Positions 1 through 10,760 of a stretch of 64,000 nt of DNA are shown one piece after another (the first letter of the stretch is position 1; each line of letters begins with the position of its first letter). The DNA comes from an uncultured Gemmatimonadales bacterium (lineage in GTDB: Bacteria; Gemmatimonadota; Gemmatimonadetes; Gemmatimonadales; GWC2-71-9): contig CAWGED010000019.1 in assembly GCA_963821525.1 (NCBI GenBank), positions 1 to 64,000 of the forward strand, given 5' to 3'. The notes beneath the pieces are model-generated. The model was given only the letters and a program-made list of their open reading frames with translations. It was not told the DNA's origin and did not search any database. Made by a program: the position numbers and the translations under genes.

Positions 1-570
1 GGACATGATCTGGTCTCTGCCGCCGCCCAACTCGCCACCCTGAACGGGGTGTCCTGTGATTTCCGGCAGGGCAACATTTCTGACCTTACTGGGATCGATT
101 CCGACGCGTTCGATGTAGTCGTGGGAATTGCGGTTCTGCACCATCTGCCTGAGGCTGAGGTCTTAAGAACGGTCCAGGAGTGTCACCGAGTCCTTAAGCC
201 CGGTGGCGTCGCGGTATTCGTGGAGACCATGGAAAACAGCCGGTGGTTCGACCTGTTTAAAAGCTCTTCCCGGCCGGCCAAGGAGTGACAGCTCCTATTA
301 CCGTCCCTCGATTCTGGACCGTCGCCGTTGGAAAGAATACGTTGCGGCGTTGGATGAGCGCGCGATGACCAACGAGGAGTTGTTGTCGGTGAGCCAAGGG
401 CTTTTCCGCATGACCCGGATCACCGGCTACGGATTCCTGATCCGGCTGGCCAGGTTGTTCGGACCCTCCTCTGCCGAGCCGCTGATGGCCATCGACCGTT
501 TTCTCTACGTTTCCTGCCCCCGCTCGCGGCCTGGTGTTGCCGCATGGCGCTGGTTGTCTACACCAAGTAG
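1..570 (+). CDS. class I SAM-dependent methyltransferase (5'-partial, frameshifted)
   Basis: ORF 49..288 has FDVVVGIAVLHHL...ECHRVLKPGG, a methyltransferase motif; coding continues in ORF 203..694; end approximate. Confidence 0.7.
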
Positions 571-689
571 CTGGCCGGCGGTCCGGTCTGAGATCGCCTC
601 GCCCAGCTGGCACCGCCGCCACCACCGCAATCACTCCGTGACGAGGACAGCGGTTGCAGAGGTTCGCTCAGGCTTCGACCGCGGCCCTC

Positions 690-1947
690 AGTGATGCCAG
701 CGACCGATCGGCCGGTGCTGCGCCTCTCGAGAGTATTCCGGGGCGGCCCTCGAGGAGCATCCGCCATGTTTCGCCGCCGCGCATGGTCGTTCATCAGGGA
801 TTCGACGGCTTGAGCCAAGTCAGCCGGTGACCTCCGAGGGCACGACGATTCCCGCTCCCCGACCCCGGACCAGGTCGGCGCCCGGGCCCTCGGGTCCAGA
901 ATAGATGATGGGCAGGCCCATCGCCATCGACTCGAAAATTTTGGAGGGAATGACGGTGCGAAACGCCTCGGCGTTGCGAAGATGGATCAGCGAAACCTGA
1001 CAGACGCTCCAGTAGGCGGGCACGTCCTCTTTGAGCTGGCGGGGGCGCAAATACAACGTTACCGATCCCCTCTTTATGCACCAGCGACTCGAGACCCTCC
1101 TTGGCGGCACCAACCCCCACAATGAACAGGAGCGCTGGGGTGTCCTGCAGCAGCTGAAACGCGCGGATGGCGTGTTCGAGACCCTGGGAGAGCCCGATGG
1201 TGCCGATGTATCCCACCACGAACCTGCCGGACAGGCGATATCGCTCCATTACCGGTCGGTCGACTGGCCTGGGAGTGAATAGTTCCAGGTTGGCCCCGTT
1301 GATGATCACGTCAACCTTTTGTCGAGGGATGCCCCGGGCGACGATATCATCCGCGATCCCCGGCGACAGCGCGATGAACGGGCCGACCGCCGGTAGAGCA
1401 TCAATTCAGTGCCCTCGAGGAATCGGTAGACCAACCCCCGGCGCAGTCCTGCGTTCTCCAGCAGGGACGGGCAGAGGTCTCGCACCTCGATGACGTGCGG
1501 GACTCTCCGCATGAAGGCATGAGCGCACCCGGCGTAGGCGACGAACAGATGCGGCGAAGAGGAGATGATGACATCGGCCTTGGCTCCCCAAAGGCCGCCC
1601 AGAACGACGAGCACATGTACGACAGATAGTCCAGGATCCATCGTACAAATCCTTCGTTCCGGGCGATGTATGTTTTGACCCGGATCACTCGGACGCCATC
1701 CATCATCTCGACGGCGCGCCACGAGTTCCGGTAGCCGGGGTAGACCCTTCCTTCCGGAAAATTCGGGGCACTTGTCATCACGGTGACCTGGTGCCCGCCG
1801 GCGACCCAGAGCCGGCAGCGTTCGAAGATGTGCGCGGCGGGCGCACTCGGTTCCGGACGAAAATGATCCGTGAAAAACAGTATTTTCAGCTTGGACCGGC
1901 CGGAAGGAGCGACGGTAGAGGCTGACTGGATCTCGAAGCAATTTCAT
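690..1947 (-). CDS. glycosyltransferase family 4 (WbuB-like), several frameshifts
   Basis: Fragments KILFFTDHFRPEPSAPA..TSAPNFPEG; YIGTIGLSQGLE; IPSKIFESMAMGLPII; both ends approximate. Confidence 0.8.
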
Positions 1948-2077
1948 GATGGCGTCCGAGATCGCCGCGGCTTCATCGAATCGACCAGCCGCACGATTCT
2001 CCCTCCAATAGCGCTCGCCACGCTGGGAATCGGACCGATGATCGGAGCCACGAGTCCGCCTCCTTGTGATTCCGCCT

Positions 2078-3178
2078 TAGCCTGACAGGCGCCGGTACAG
2101 ACCAGCAGCCGGCCTTCCTGCGACCCCCAGTTATAGCGCTCACGAACCGCGGCCTGACCGCGTTGCCCCATCGCGGCCGCCAGTGCCGGGTCGTTGAGCA
2201 GGCGATTCGCCGCTTCGGCTATCGCTTCGGGCCGCTCTGGATCCACGAGAAGACCGCAGCCGGCTTCCTCGATGATGCCACGCCAGAGCGGAAAATCCGA
2301 CGCGACGACCGGGATCCTGCAGCCATGTATTCGAACAGCTTCACCGGGTAGCTCTCGACGTAACTGGGCGTCGGATGCAGCGTCACCAGGCCGATACGCG
2401 CTTGCCCCAAGAGGGTCCGGACTCCTTCTCGGTCTAACCAGCCCAGGAAATCGACCCGGTCCCAGCCCGGGAGCGCGGCGAGTTGGCGCTCTATCCGGGG
2501 AGGTCCATCCGCCCCGAAGCAGCAGCCTGGCTCCCGGTACCATTGCCATCGCCCGCACCATTTCCAGAGCGCCGCGCGTGATATCAATGCCTCCAATGTA
2601 AGCCAGCAGACGCCCCCGATTAGCTAGAGGGGAGGCCGCTGGGGCAAGCAGCTCCTCCTCCCGCGGGAAGTTCTGCAGAATCACGGTGCGGTCAGGTGGA
2701 AATCGCGCGGCGATCTGCGGCGTCGCCGCGACGATCGCGTGCGCTCCCCGGCCGAGCAGCGCCTCACCCAGGCCGGCGGCGCTGCTGACGGCACTCCGAG
2801 CCCACGGGCGATCCAGTACTTAGATCGTACCTGGCGCGGCAGATCCTCGTGCACGTCATATACCACACGCGCACCGTTCCGGCGGAGGAACGGGACACCC
2901 TGCACAATTCCGGATCATGAAGGTGATAGATGGCGGCTCGCTCTTCGAGGGCAGCGCGACACACTCGCCACACGGTGTTGGTCATCCTCCGGGCGCGACC
3001 GCCGCTGACCCTAACGGCACGCACATGCACCCCTGCGACATCAGCATCTCGGTCCGCAGGCGCCACCAGTACAACCCGGTAGCCGGCGCTCCGCTAACGT
3101 CCGGCACTCGCGATATAGGATCCTGGTGTCGAGTGGTGCGTGCACGGAGGTGAGATGGACCACTGTGGGGCCGGTCAC
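2078..3178 (-). CDS. glycosyltransferase family 4, several frameshifts
   Basis: GTG start at 3178: VHLTSVHAPLDTRILYRECRTL; VYDVHEDLP; YIGGIDITRG; PVKLFEYMAAG; PVVASDFP; end approximate. Confidence 0.8.
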
Positions 3179-3342
3179 ACGGCCCCCTGGGGTTGAGCGA
3201 CCGGGTCGTCTTTGGCCACGACCGCCAAGGCGGTTCCGGACAAGAGATAAACAAGGGCGATCAGAAGCAGCATCCCATGACTCATCAGCGTGGTGAGGAG
3301 CGCCGTGTTGGCGAGCGCCAGACTGGGCAGGCCCGAATTCAT
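3175..3342 (-). pseudogene. 55-aa mini-ORF, C-terminal remnant of a Wzy-like polymerase
   Basis: LPSLALANTALLTTLMSHGMLLLIALVYL aligns by eye with MPAVAVTNSELLTTLLGHGLGLGLVLAWL in the upstream Wzy-like region; ATGA and GTGA overlaps with both neighbours. Confidence 0.6.
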
Positions 3343-6300
3343 CGCTTCGCAACTTGGCTGTAGATGGCCAGCAGTTCGCGCTGCTCGTTGTCCCAGTGCA
3401 GTTCCGCCGCGGCCCGTCGGCAATGCTCACGCAATCGGGCACATTCGGCAGGGTTGGCCAACCATTGCTGGACAACCGCAGCCAGCGCCGCCGCGTCCCC
3501 CTCGGCAAACCAGCGGCCCACCTCATAGCGCTCGAGCAGCCGCCGGACCTCATCCGAGCCGCTGTGAATGATCGGCAGGCCCGATTGCAGGTACTCAAAC
3601 ACCTTGTTTGGAAGTGCGAGGGCGTAACTCTCCCACTTGGATTCCATGGGGTTCAGTCCGAAATTTGCCGAGCGCCCAAATTGTATCAGTGCGCCCGGTG
3701 GCACAGGCTTCACGAATGAGACCCGGTCGCCAACCCCTGCGAGGCGGGCCTGATCCACAAGGCCAGCCACATAGGCAGGAGGCCCGTGCCCCAAGATCGC
3801 CAGGTGAGTCGGTGGTGCCAACATCGCCACGGCTGCGATAGCGACGTCCACCCCTCGACCCGGGGATACCACACCCTGGTACAGCAGCAGTGGTACTGAG
3901 GGAGCCAGGCCGAGGTGTTCGCGAATTCCGGCTTCTGCCGTCCCGGACTCATCGCGTGGCCGATCAGGCACGTTTCGGACGAGCACAACAGGAACATTCT
4001 CGAACGCGATCTCAAGCCGTTCAACAATGCCCGGTGATACCGTGATCACGGTATCTGCTCTGCGTGCCAGCATCCGCTCCATCCGGAGGCCGAACCACTG
4101 CAGCCACTTCGGAAAGCGTCGCATACTCGCAGCTCCAGCCCAGTATTCGTGCGAATCATAAATCAGGGCTGCGCCGCTGATCCGTGCAATGATGAAGCCG
4201 ATTGGCAGGGTGTTGAGGTCATTGGCGTGTACCACGCTCGGTCTAACCTGATAGCCCGCCCGGAACATCCGAAAAGCACACTCGGCGTATTTGACAAGCT
4301 GCACGAAGGGTGTCTTCGACCAGCTGCGGGTCCGAAGTGGAACTCGGATGACCCGGAATCCAGAGACGGATTCCTCAAACGGTAATCCATTCTCGTGGAG
4401 CGCCAGGAGTGTTACAGCATAGCCATGCTCGGCCAGAGTCCGATTTTCCCGCAGTACCCTGGAATCGTTGACAAATGGATTGAGAACGAGCGCCAGCACC
4501 TTTGCGGCGGGAAGTGGCTGATCGCGACCAATTGATACAGGAAGATCCGTCTCGACTATCGGCGGCATGTCGCGGCGCTCCTTCAGATCATGACGCATTC
4601 CACCCGCGTCATTCATCGCCTTCGACATTGGTCCGGCGTCGTTTCGGAAGCCAGCGCCTGACTCCGCCACCGTCTGCTTCCAGGCGGTATCCAACTGCTC
4701 ACCGGTAACCGTATCGAGCTGGCGGGCGTGCGTAATCAGCTCGAGGACCACGGTCGCGGCCGACGCGAGAATCAGGCCGACGAACGTGCCCAGAATCAGC
4801 TTGAAGAGCAGGCCACGGCGATCCGGCAGCCCACTGACGTGCGTGGCCTCAACGATGGTAATCACCGGCGTGCTGCGAACCTCTTCAATTCGGGCCTGTT
4901 CCACCGCTCGGGCCAGGGTTGCCACTACATCCTGACGAATAAGGACCAGCCGCTGAAGCCGGTCATTCTCAAACACCAGCCGAGGCGAGCCTCGGAATTC
5001 CCGGTTCTGCTCCAGGAACGTCGCCATCTCGCCCTCTGACTCCCGCAATTCGGCGGAAGCGGCCTTGAGACGCTCCTCAGCAAACTCCCGCTCGGATCTG
5101 GCCTGACTCTGCCGCTTCTCCCGATTGAATTCCTGAACCAAGTCAAGCGCACGGTCAACGACCGCCGTCGCGACCAAAGGCGTTCCGAACTTGGCCGAAA
5201 TCTCCACCGTGGCGGTCCCGGGATTGGAGATCGTCCAGAACCGGCTGCCGAGGCGAAGGGCGGCCTTGGCCACTTTTTCACTATCCGAGCTCCCCGAGAC
5301 CCCGAGGGAGTCGGGCAGCCAGACCCGGGCGCTGTCCTTCCCGATGAAGTAGGGGGCCTGCACAAGCGCCTCGATGACGGCGTCGGAGCCAAGGTACTCG
5401 GCGTAGAAGTCGGGTGAATCCGAGGAGCTGCTACTGGCGATCGGAAGGCCAAGCTGCGCCGCCGCCCCGATCAGGGTGCTCAAGCTGCTGGACCCTGCTC
5501 CCGTCGCAAAAATCGTCGTGGCAGTCCATGTTCGGTCCCGAATGAGGCCCACCACCACGGGGGTAGCGCCGAAGACCATCGGAAGCAGGATGAATAGCCG
5601 GCGCCGCCGAAGCATGGCGGCGACGAGACTCAATATGGTGGGTTCACCGGGCATTTCAGGCTTTCCTCCGAAAGCAGAGGAAAGGGGCAACGCCTCCGTG
5701 GGTGGATTGCCCTGGGAGGACGAAGGGATGGATGCCGGTGATGAAGGATCCGGCCAGAGCCAGGCCAGCACGAGTCCTAAACCAAGGCCGTGACCCAACA
5801 GGGTGGTCAAGAGCTCGGAATTGGTCACGGCCACCGCGGGCATCGCGAAGATTGCCAGCGCGATCATGCGGTCTTTGCCTCTCGTGGCCTGGTCGGCCAA
5901 CCACAGGACAGCTCCGAGTAGAACGCCAAAAACCGGAATTCCGCCCCAACCAAACTTCGAATAGGCCGCGGCAAAGAGATTTGCATTGGCGTTGCTGCCC
6001 GCCCCGGGTGCCAAGAGATCTCCGATGACGTATCCTGCGGTACGGCCGTAGGCGTCGTCGGTGAGTCGGCCAAGGAAACTATATCCGATCTGGGCGTGCG
6101 GATGATTTGAAAAAAATTCAACATAGTACCCGCTCAGCAAACCCGGCATGATCAGCACCCTGCGTACCAATAGCATGTCGAGGAGAGGCCGTCCAACGAA
6201 CATATCCACTGCTATGCAGGCCGCCACCGAAAACAAAGCTGCTGCGACCAGCACAAGCGCGAATGGCGCCTTGCGCCAAGCCAGTAGAACGATTAGCCCG

Positions 6301-7049
6301 GCAATCAGTACGGGAGCAAACAGCAGCGTCTTGAATCCGGCAATGGCAAAGAGTGTCAATTGGATTGCCAATAGGCCTGCCCAGAGCAACGGGCGCCGGC
6401 GCCGTACGGCGAATGCCGTTGTCATCGGTACCAGCACATTACCCGCCCACGCTATTCCCCAAAGGATCCCAGCGCCGCGGGTTTGTACTTCTGCTTTGAA
6501 CTCGCCACGAACTTGATAGACCTCGTATATGCTGGGCAGCCGCTCGGGGAAGCCGAACAGCGCGACAATACTGGCCCAAATCACGACGATTGCCAGAAAT
6601 ACCAGTAACCAGAACAACGAATTACCTATCGCCAACCGTGGCAACTGAATCGTGGGCAAGGTAGTCATCAGCGATGCAAGGCCAAGACTGATCAACAGGA
6701 AGAATGAGAGCTGAAGAACCCTCGGGCCGTGCAGGGTCCCGGTCCAGAATGGGACTAGAATGCTGGTACACACCACGACCAGGTAGAGCAGCCAGAGCAC
6801 AAAACTGCTCACCCGTTCGATCCCCAGCGGCAGCCAGAAGGCCGGCAAGAGGGCAAGTCCGAATAGCACCCAGGGGTTGTTGTCCGGAACAGGAGCCACG
6901 ACATAACCCCGGAGGCCGAAAAGCGGTCCAATCAGGTGAGCCTCTGCCCAGTATAGTGCACCGAGGTAGCTCGCCACCCCGATGATCACAGCAACACGCC
7001 AGAATATCCGCTGATCCGGACTCAACTGTGGTTCGGCTGACGGGCTCAC
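3339..7049 (-). CDS. 1236-aa ORF: Wzy-like polymerase (aa ~1-435) + Wzz/GNVR-type co-polymerase (from ATG 5654) + GT4 glycosyltransferase (from ATG ~4568); possibly three genes
   Basis: Multi-TM N-terminus; then TM-coiled coil-TM; then NPFVNDSRVLRE, YDSHE and LPNKVFEYLQSGLP GT4 motifs; SD-like GGAGG and AAGGAG precede internal in-frame ATGs. Confidence 0.75.
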   Translation of the reverse strand: MSPSAEPQLSPDQRIFWRVAVIIGVASYLGALYWAEAHLIGPLFGLRGYVVAPVPDNNPWVLFGLALLPAFWLPLGIERVSSFVLWLLYLVVVCTSILVPFWTGTLHGPRVLQLSFFLLISLGLASLMTTLPTIQLPRLAIGNSLFWLLVFLAIVVIWASIVALFGFPERLPSIYEVYQVRGEFKAEVQTRGAGILWGIAWAGNVLVPMTTAFAVRRRRPLLWAGLLAIQLTLFAIAGFKTLLFAPVLIAGLIVLLAWRKAPFALVLVAAALFSVAACIAVDMFVGRPLLDMLLVRRVLIMPGLLSGYYVEFFSNHPHAQIGYSFLGRLTDDAYGRTAGYVIGDLLAPGAGSNANANLFAAAYSKFGWGGIPVFGVLLGAVLWLADQATRGKDRMIALAIFAMPAVAVTNSELLTTLLGHGLGLGLVLAWLWPDPSSPASIPSSSQGNPPTEALPLSSAFGGKPEMPGEPTILSLVAAMLRRRRLFILLPMVFGATPVVVGLIRDRTWTATTIFATGAGSSSLSTLIGAAAQLGLPIASSSSSDSPDFYAEYLGSDAVIEALVQAPYFIGKDSARVWLPDSLGVSGSSDSEKVAKAALRLGSRFWTISNPGTATVEISAKFGTPLVATAVVDRALDLVQEFNREKRQSQARSEREFAEERLKAASAELRESEGEMATFLEQNREFRGSPRLVFENDRLQRLVLIRQDVVATLARAVEQARIEEVRSTPVITIVEATHVSGLPDRRGLLFKLILGTFVGLILASAATVVLELITHARQLDTVTGEQLDTAWKQTVAESGAGFRNDAGPMSKAMNDAGGMRHDLKERRDMPPIVETDLPVSIGRDQPLPAAKVLALVLNPFVNDSRVLRENRTLAEHGYAVTLLALHENGLPFEESVSGFRVIRVPLRTRSWSKTPFVQLVKYAECAFRMFRAGYQVRPSVVHANDLNTLPIGFIIARISGAALIYDSHEYWAGAASMRRFPKWLQWFGLRMERMLARRADTVITVSPGIVERLEIAFENVPVVLVRNVPDRPRDESGTAEAGIREHLGLAPSVPLLLYQGVVSPGRGVDVAIAAVAMLAPPTHLAILGHGPPAYVAGLVDQARLAGVGDRVSFVKPVPPGALIQFGRSANFGLNPMESKWESYALALPNKVFEYLQSGLPIIHSGSDEVRRLLERYEVGRWFAEGDAAALAAVVQQWLANPAECARLREHCRRAAAELHWDNEQRELLAIYSQVAKR

Positions 7050-8346
7050 GCGGGGTCCGCCTCGGGAGGCCCCTGCACCGAGGAGTTGCCACGGGACAGC
7101 CGGGTCACCAGGTGGAGCAGAACCCCGAAATAGAATAGATAGGCCGTGGCCTGTCCGGCACTAAACGCCCACACCGTCCTCTCAAGCGGCCATGCGGCCA
7201 CGCGCGCGCAGGTGATAACACCAGTCAGCACACCAAGCGTTGCGATGTCATAACCCAGCTTCGCTCGCTGGCCTCCGAGTACCAGGACCACCGAACTCAC
7301 CGGGCTCACTACCAGGGCAGCCATAGTGCTTGGCAGCAGGGCGATTGCCAATCGGCCAGCTGGGCCCCAGTTGGTCCCGAAGACACGATCGAATCCGAAA
7401 TAGGCGATCCCGACAATCAACACAGCCAAACCGATGGAGGCGACAAGAAGAGCAAGGCACATCTTGAGGAAGAGGGGGCGCACTGCAGAAGGCCGTTCCC
7501 GGGCCAGCAAGGCGATCCTGGCATAGAATGCATCGGAAACGCTGCGCCCTACCAGTGTGGCCGGCGCGCTTACCACCCGGGCCGCCAGTGCGAACTGACC
7601 TGCAGGGCCGGCGCCGAACGTGGTAGCGATAGGGGAAGCGCAAGGCCCTGGGCCGCAGCGTCCAGCAGAGATGACGGAACACCTACCATGGGGAAATCCC
7701 GATATCCCCGAATCAGCGCAGCGACCGCGGATCGTGTGAGTTGACGGCTTGCGACCCAAACCCGCTGCCATTGATTCCGGGCCAACTGACTTGCTCCCAC
7801 TGCGATCCCGCCAACCTCGCTGAGAAGAAGCCCCGCGGCCCCCGGTAGAATTGGGGCTGCCGCTAATGGAAAAAGCGCACGCCCCGACTGCTGCATGATC
7901 GTGGTCAAGCTAATGGCTCCGAACCGCTCCCCACGCAGACCCAGGTAACGAAAGGTGCTGTAACCCTGGTATAGCACCAGCATCAGCCACATCCAGGCCA
8001 TAATAGGCAGGATGCCCGGGCCGCCAGCCTGGCGGTCGCTCAGGGTGAGGACGAGCACTAGCGTTGATATGGTGGCGGTGAGAGGGCTCGCAAGGAGCGA
8101 CAAAGCAGCTAACTGATAGGCATCGGCATCGGTTCGGGCACCGACCGAGGCCTGATCGAGACGCAATCCCGTGGTGACGGAGGCGATCAGCACCAGGCTG
8201 AACAGCGATCCAGCCAGTCCCACCGCCTTGGGATCGTACAGTCGGGTGAGGAAGGGAGAGGTGAGGAACAGGATGCCCTGGCTGACGGCCGTGGCACCCG
8301 CCATCGCACCGATATTCCGAAAAAACGTGCGATGGGTCGCCTGCAT
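7046..8346 (-). CDS. wzx: Wzx-type polysaccharide flippase (frameshifted)
   Basis: GATAVSQGILFLTSPFLTRLYDP N-terminal signature, many TM segments; split between ORFs 7570..8346 and 7046..7771. Confidence 0.8.
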
Positions 8347-8447
8347 CGATTGGTCGGGTCACTCCTCCGCAGGGCCGGCGACTCGCCGGTCAATACTTAA
8401 GCTTGCCTCAGTGACGAAATTTGCACGCTCCGAGAGTCAAATACCAG

Positions 8448-10013
8448 TCACCAGAGTTGGGCCCTCTTGCCACAAAGATATTCGCTGACTATCTGCCCCA
8501 GCAGCGCGGAGGGTGGTCCATCGAACGCGAAACCATCCGTATTGGTCGCAAACACCCGCCCTCTGAAGTCGACCGCGGCCGGCGCGGTGCTCGCACCTAG
8601 CGCCACCAGTGATGCACCCAGGCGCTCTAGATCCGGACTAATGAACGCCAGCAGACCCCAGCCACTGAAACCGCCAGGAGATAGGCAAGGCCGCCCAGCC
8701 TTGGGGCGTCCGCACCACTTGGCCGGCGGGTATCCCCAATCGCCTCGGTTGGCGTAGCCCACCCGATACCACCCGTCGCTCCCATCAAAGAAGTTATTGA
8801 GCAGCGGAAGAGAAAAATCCCCTTGGAACGCACGGTAAAGATACTGGTTGACTGTCAGGGCTATCTCGCTCGAGTCTGGAAAAAGGCCCGGCAGGGTAAG
8901 GCGCGCGTCCCAAAGTGATCGGAGCGCTACCGGCAAACGCTGCACGTGCGAGACGTCCCAGCCGGCCCCGTGAGCAGGATGGGGAGCCTTGCCTTGAGGA
9001 TACTCAGCAGTGGTGTAGCCGCTGTAGATCATATCCGGGTGACTATCGAAATCCCCTTCAAAATACCCTAGGCTCCCGACTCGCATCCCGGCAGCGTTCT
9101 TGGTCTCAGAATGCGCCGTGGTGCGGAGCCTCAGCATTGCTGTGCCAGCTGTGACTATCTGGCGCAGACGCTCTTCTTCACCGAACAGTGGGACCAGATC
9201 TGGAGCAAGGTGATGAGCTTCGAGCACTTCGGCCGCCGTCGCGATGAGCCAAAGGTCACGATCCAGCATGCGGTATCGCCGGTCAGTTCCTGAGGCCTGC
9301 CAGAGTGGAACCAGCACGTCGGGAAGGCCTGGAGGGTTACCGTGAAACCTCGTCTCGTATGCCACCCGGATCAGGTGCTCCTGTACGAGAATTGGCGCGT
9401 AAGTATCGACAAACTTCTCCAGCACCGATGAGCGAGCTGCCGGGGGCAGCAACGCAATCAAATGGAAGAGTCTCGCCACTGGATGCATGAATTGGGTACT
9501 ACACAGCACGCATTCGGCCGGCAGATTTCCAGCGGGCCTTCGGTCGAGCCAGGGCAGGATCCGAGCAGTTGGCGCCCCCTGTGGGGCGTCTTGGCTGTGA
9601 GCCGCAGCCCCTCTACCGGCGGCCTGCACCTCGGCCACGGTCCGGAACCGGCCCAGATAGGCGAGAAAGAATCCGGCGGCGTCTTCGAGCAATGCGACAT
9701 TTTTCGTGGCCGAGGCCAGGGCAAGCATCCCTCGCATCGGCGGTTCCACGAAATAGGCCTTAGCAGCAGCGTCATCCTCCCCAGGCCAGTCAGGCACGAG
9801 GCTCCAACCGTGACCCGAGTCCCAGCGTAGACCCGACTGTTCAGACACCGAGGCTCGACCAACCGTTTCCCAGGCCTTCAGTGCGTATGCCGCCAAGCCG
9901 GCGTCGGAGGTATCTATCGGCACCTGGGCCCTCAGCGGCGCAGCAAGACTCAGGAGCAAACCAACACCTAACAAGAGGCGAGTAGCGAATGTGTGTGCTG
10001 TTCGGATCGACAT
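8448..10013 (-). CDS. secreted hypothetical protein (~520 aa)
   Basis: ATG at 10013 gives Sec-type signal MSIRTAHTFATRLLLGVGLLLSLAAPLRA|Q; uninterrupted ORF; family not recognised. Confidence 0.7.
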   Translation of the reverse strand: MSIRTAHTFATRLLLGVGLLLSLAAPLRAQVPIDTSDAGLAAYALKAWETVGRASVSEQSGLRWDSGHGWSLVPDWPGEDDAAAKAYFVEPPMRGMLALASATKNVALLEDAAGFFLAYLGRFRTVAEVQAAGRGAAAHSQDAPQGAPTARILPWLDRRPAGNLPAECVLCSTQFMHPVARLFHLIALLPPAARSSVLEKFVDTYAPILVQEHLIRVAYETRFHGNPPGLPDVLVPLWQASGTDRRYRMLDRDLWLIATAAEVLEAHHLAPDLVPLFGEEERLRQIVTAGTAMLRLRTTAHSETKNAAGMRVGSLGYFEGDFDSHPDMIYSGYTTAEYPQGKAPHPAHGAGWDVSHVQRLPVALRSLWDARLTLPGLFPDSSEIALTVNQYLYRAFQGDFSLPLLNNFFDGSDGWYRVGYANRGDWGYPPAKWCGRPKAGRPCLSPGGFSGWGLLAFISPDLERLGASLVALGASTAPAAVDFRGRVFATNTDGFAFDGPPSALLGQIVSEYLCGKRAQLW

Positions 10014-10122
10014 TCCCAACCCCCTGAGGTCGAGACGGAAGTTCAGACCCGTGCGTGAATTATTCGAGCGGCACGGACGGCCCATTGACTGGTGACGCGC
10101 TTCCAATCAACGATTCGACAGG

Positions 10123-10586
10123 GAGGCCGGGTTCAGTGGACCGACCCAGACCTTTGCCCTGGCCACGGAACTGATCCGCGCCGGCGTCGACGTGGTGATC
10201 ATCGCGCGCGGCGACTCGATCGACGGCGCCCTCCCCGGTGAATCGTCCGGCGGCATCCAGATGGCCGTTGAGGATGCCTGGGAAGCGGCCGATTGGGCTG
10301 CAGATGCCGGGAAGGCCAAACAGGCCGGCACCCTGATCACCAATCAGCAATTGGCCGACCTCGGGTATACACTGCAGTTCTCCATTCTGTTCAACTTCAA
10401 CACGGCGGGACTGGCGCTGGAAAAGGCCTGCAGAAGTTCAAAGCGAAGGGGCTGGAAGCGCTGGCCGACCTGCGGATCGAGGAAGACGCCGCGGCGGGTG
10501 GGTATCCCAACACCAAGATGCACCAGAAGTTTGCCGGGATGAATTGGTGGTTGATTCTCGAGTCGGTGCTCTCGCAGCGGAGCTGA
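10123..10586 (+). pseudogene. internally deleted 3' fragment of an isocitrate-lyase-like gene (copy 1)
   Basis: EAGFSGPTQTFALATELIRA / GVDVVIIARGDSIDGALPGESSGGIQMAVEDAWEAA / GKAKQAGTLITNQQLADLGYTLQFS...KMHQKFAGMN matches 15097..16236 with deletions. Confidence 0.9.
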
Positions 10587-10635
10587 GGGAGTCGAGAGAC
10601 GAGAAACTAGAGACGAGAGTCAAAACACTGAGTGC
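10357..10635 (+). repeat. ~270-bp direct repeat, copy A (icl 3' end plus downstream sequence)
   Basis: Near-identical to 13023..13288 (cactgcagttctccattctgttcaacttcaacacggcgggactggcgctgg...). Confidence 0.95.
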
Positions 10636-10691
10636 GAGGCGATCATATGATTGCCTGGCACTTCGTACTTAAGGGCACTGGGGACAACTCG

Positions 10692-10760
10692 TCCGCCTTG
10701 CCCGCCTTGTCCGCCTCGCCCGCCTCGACCCCGTCCGCCACTACCGCGCCGTCCCCGCCC
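10692..10760. repeat. degenerate 9-mer tandem repeat (CCGCCTYGY)
   Basis: tccgccttg cccgccttg tccgcctcg cccgcctcg... Confidence 0.6.
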
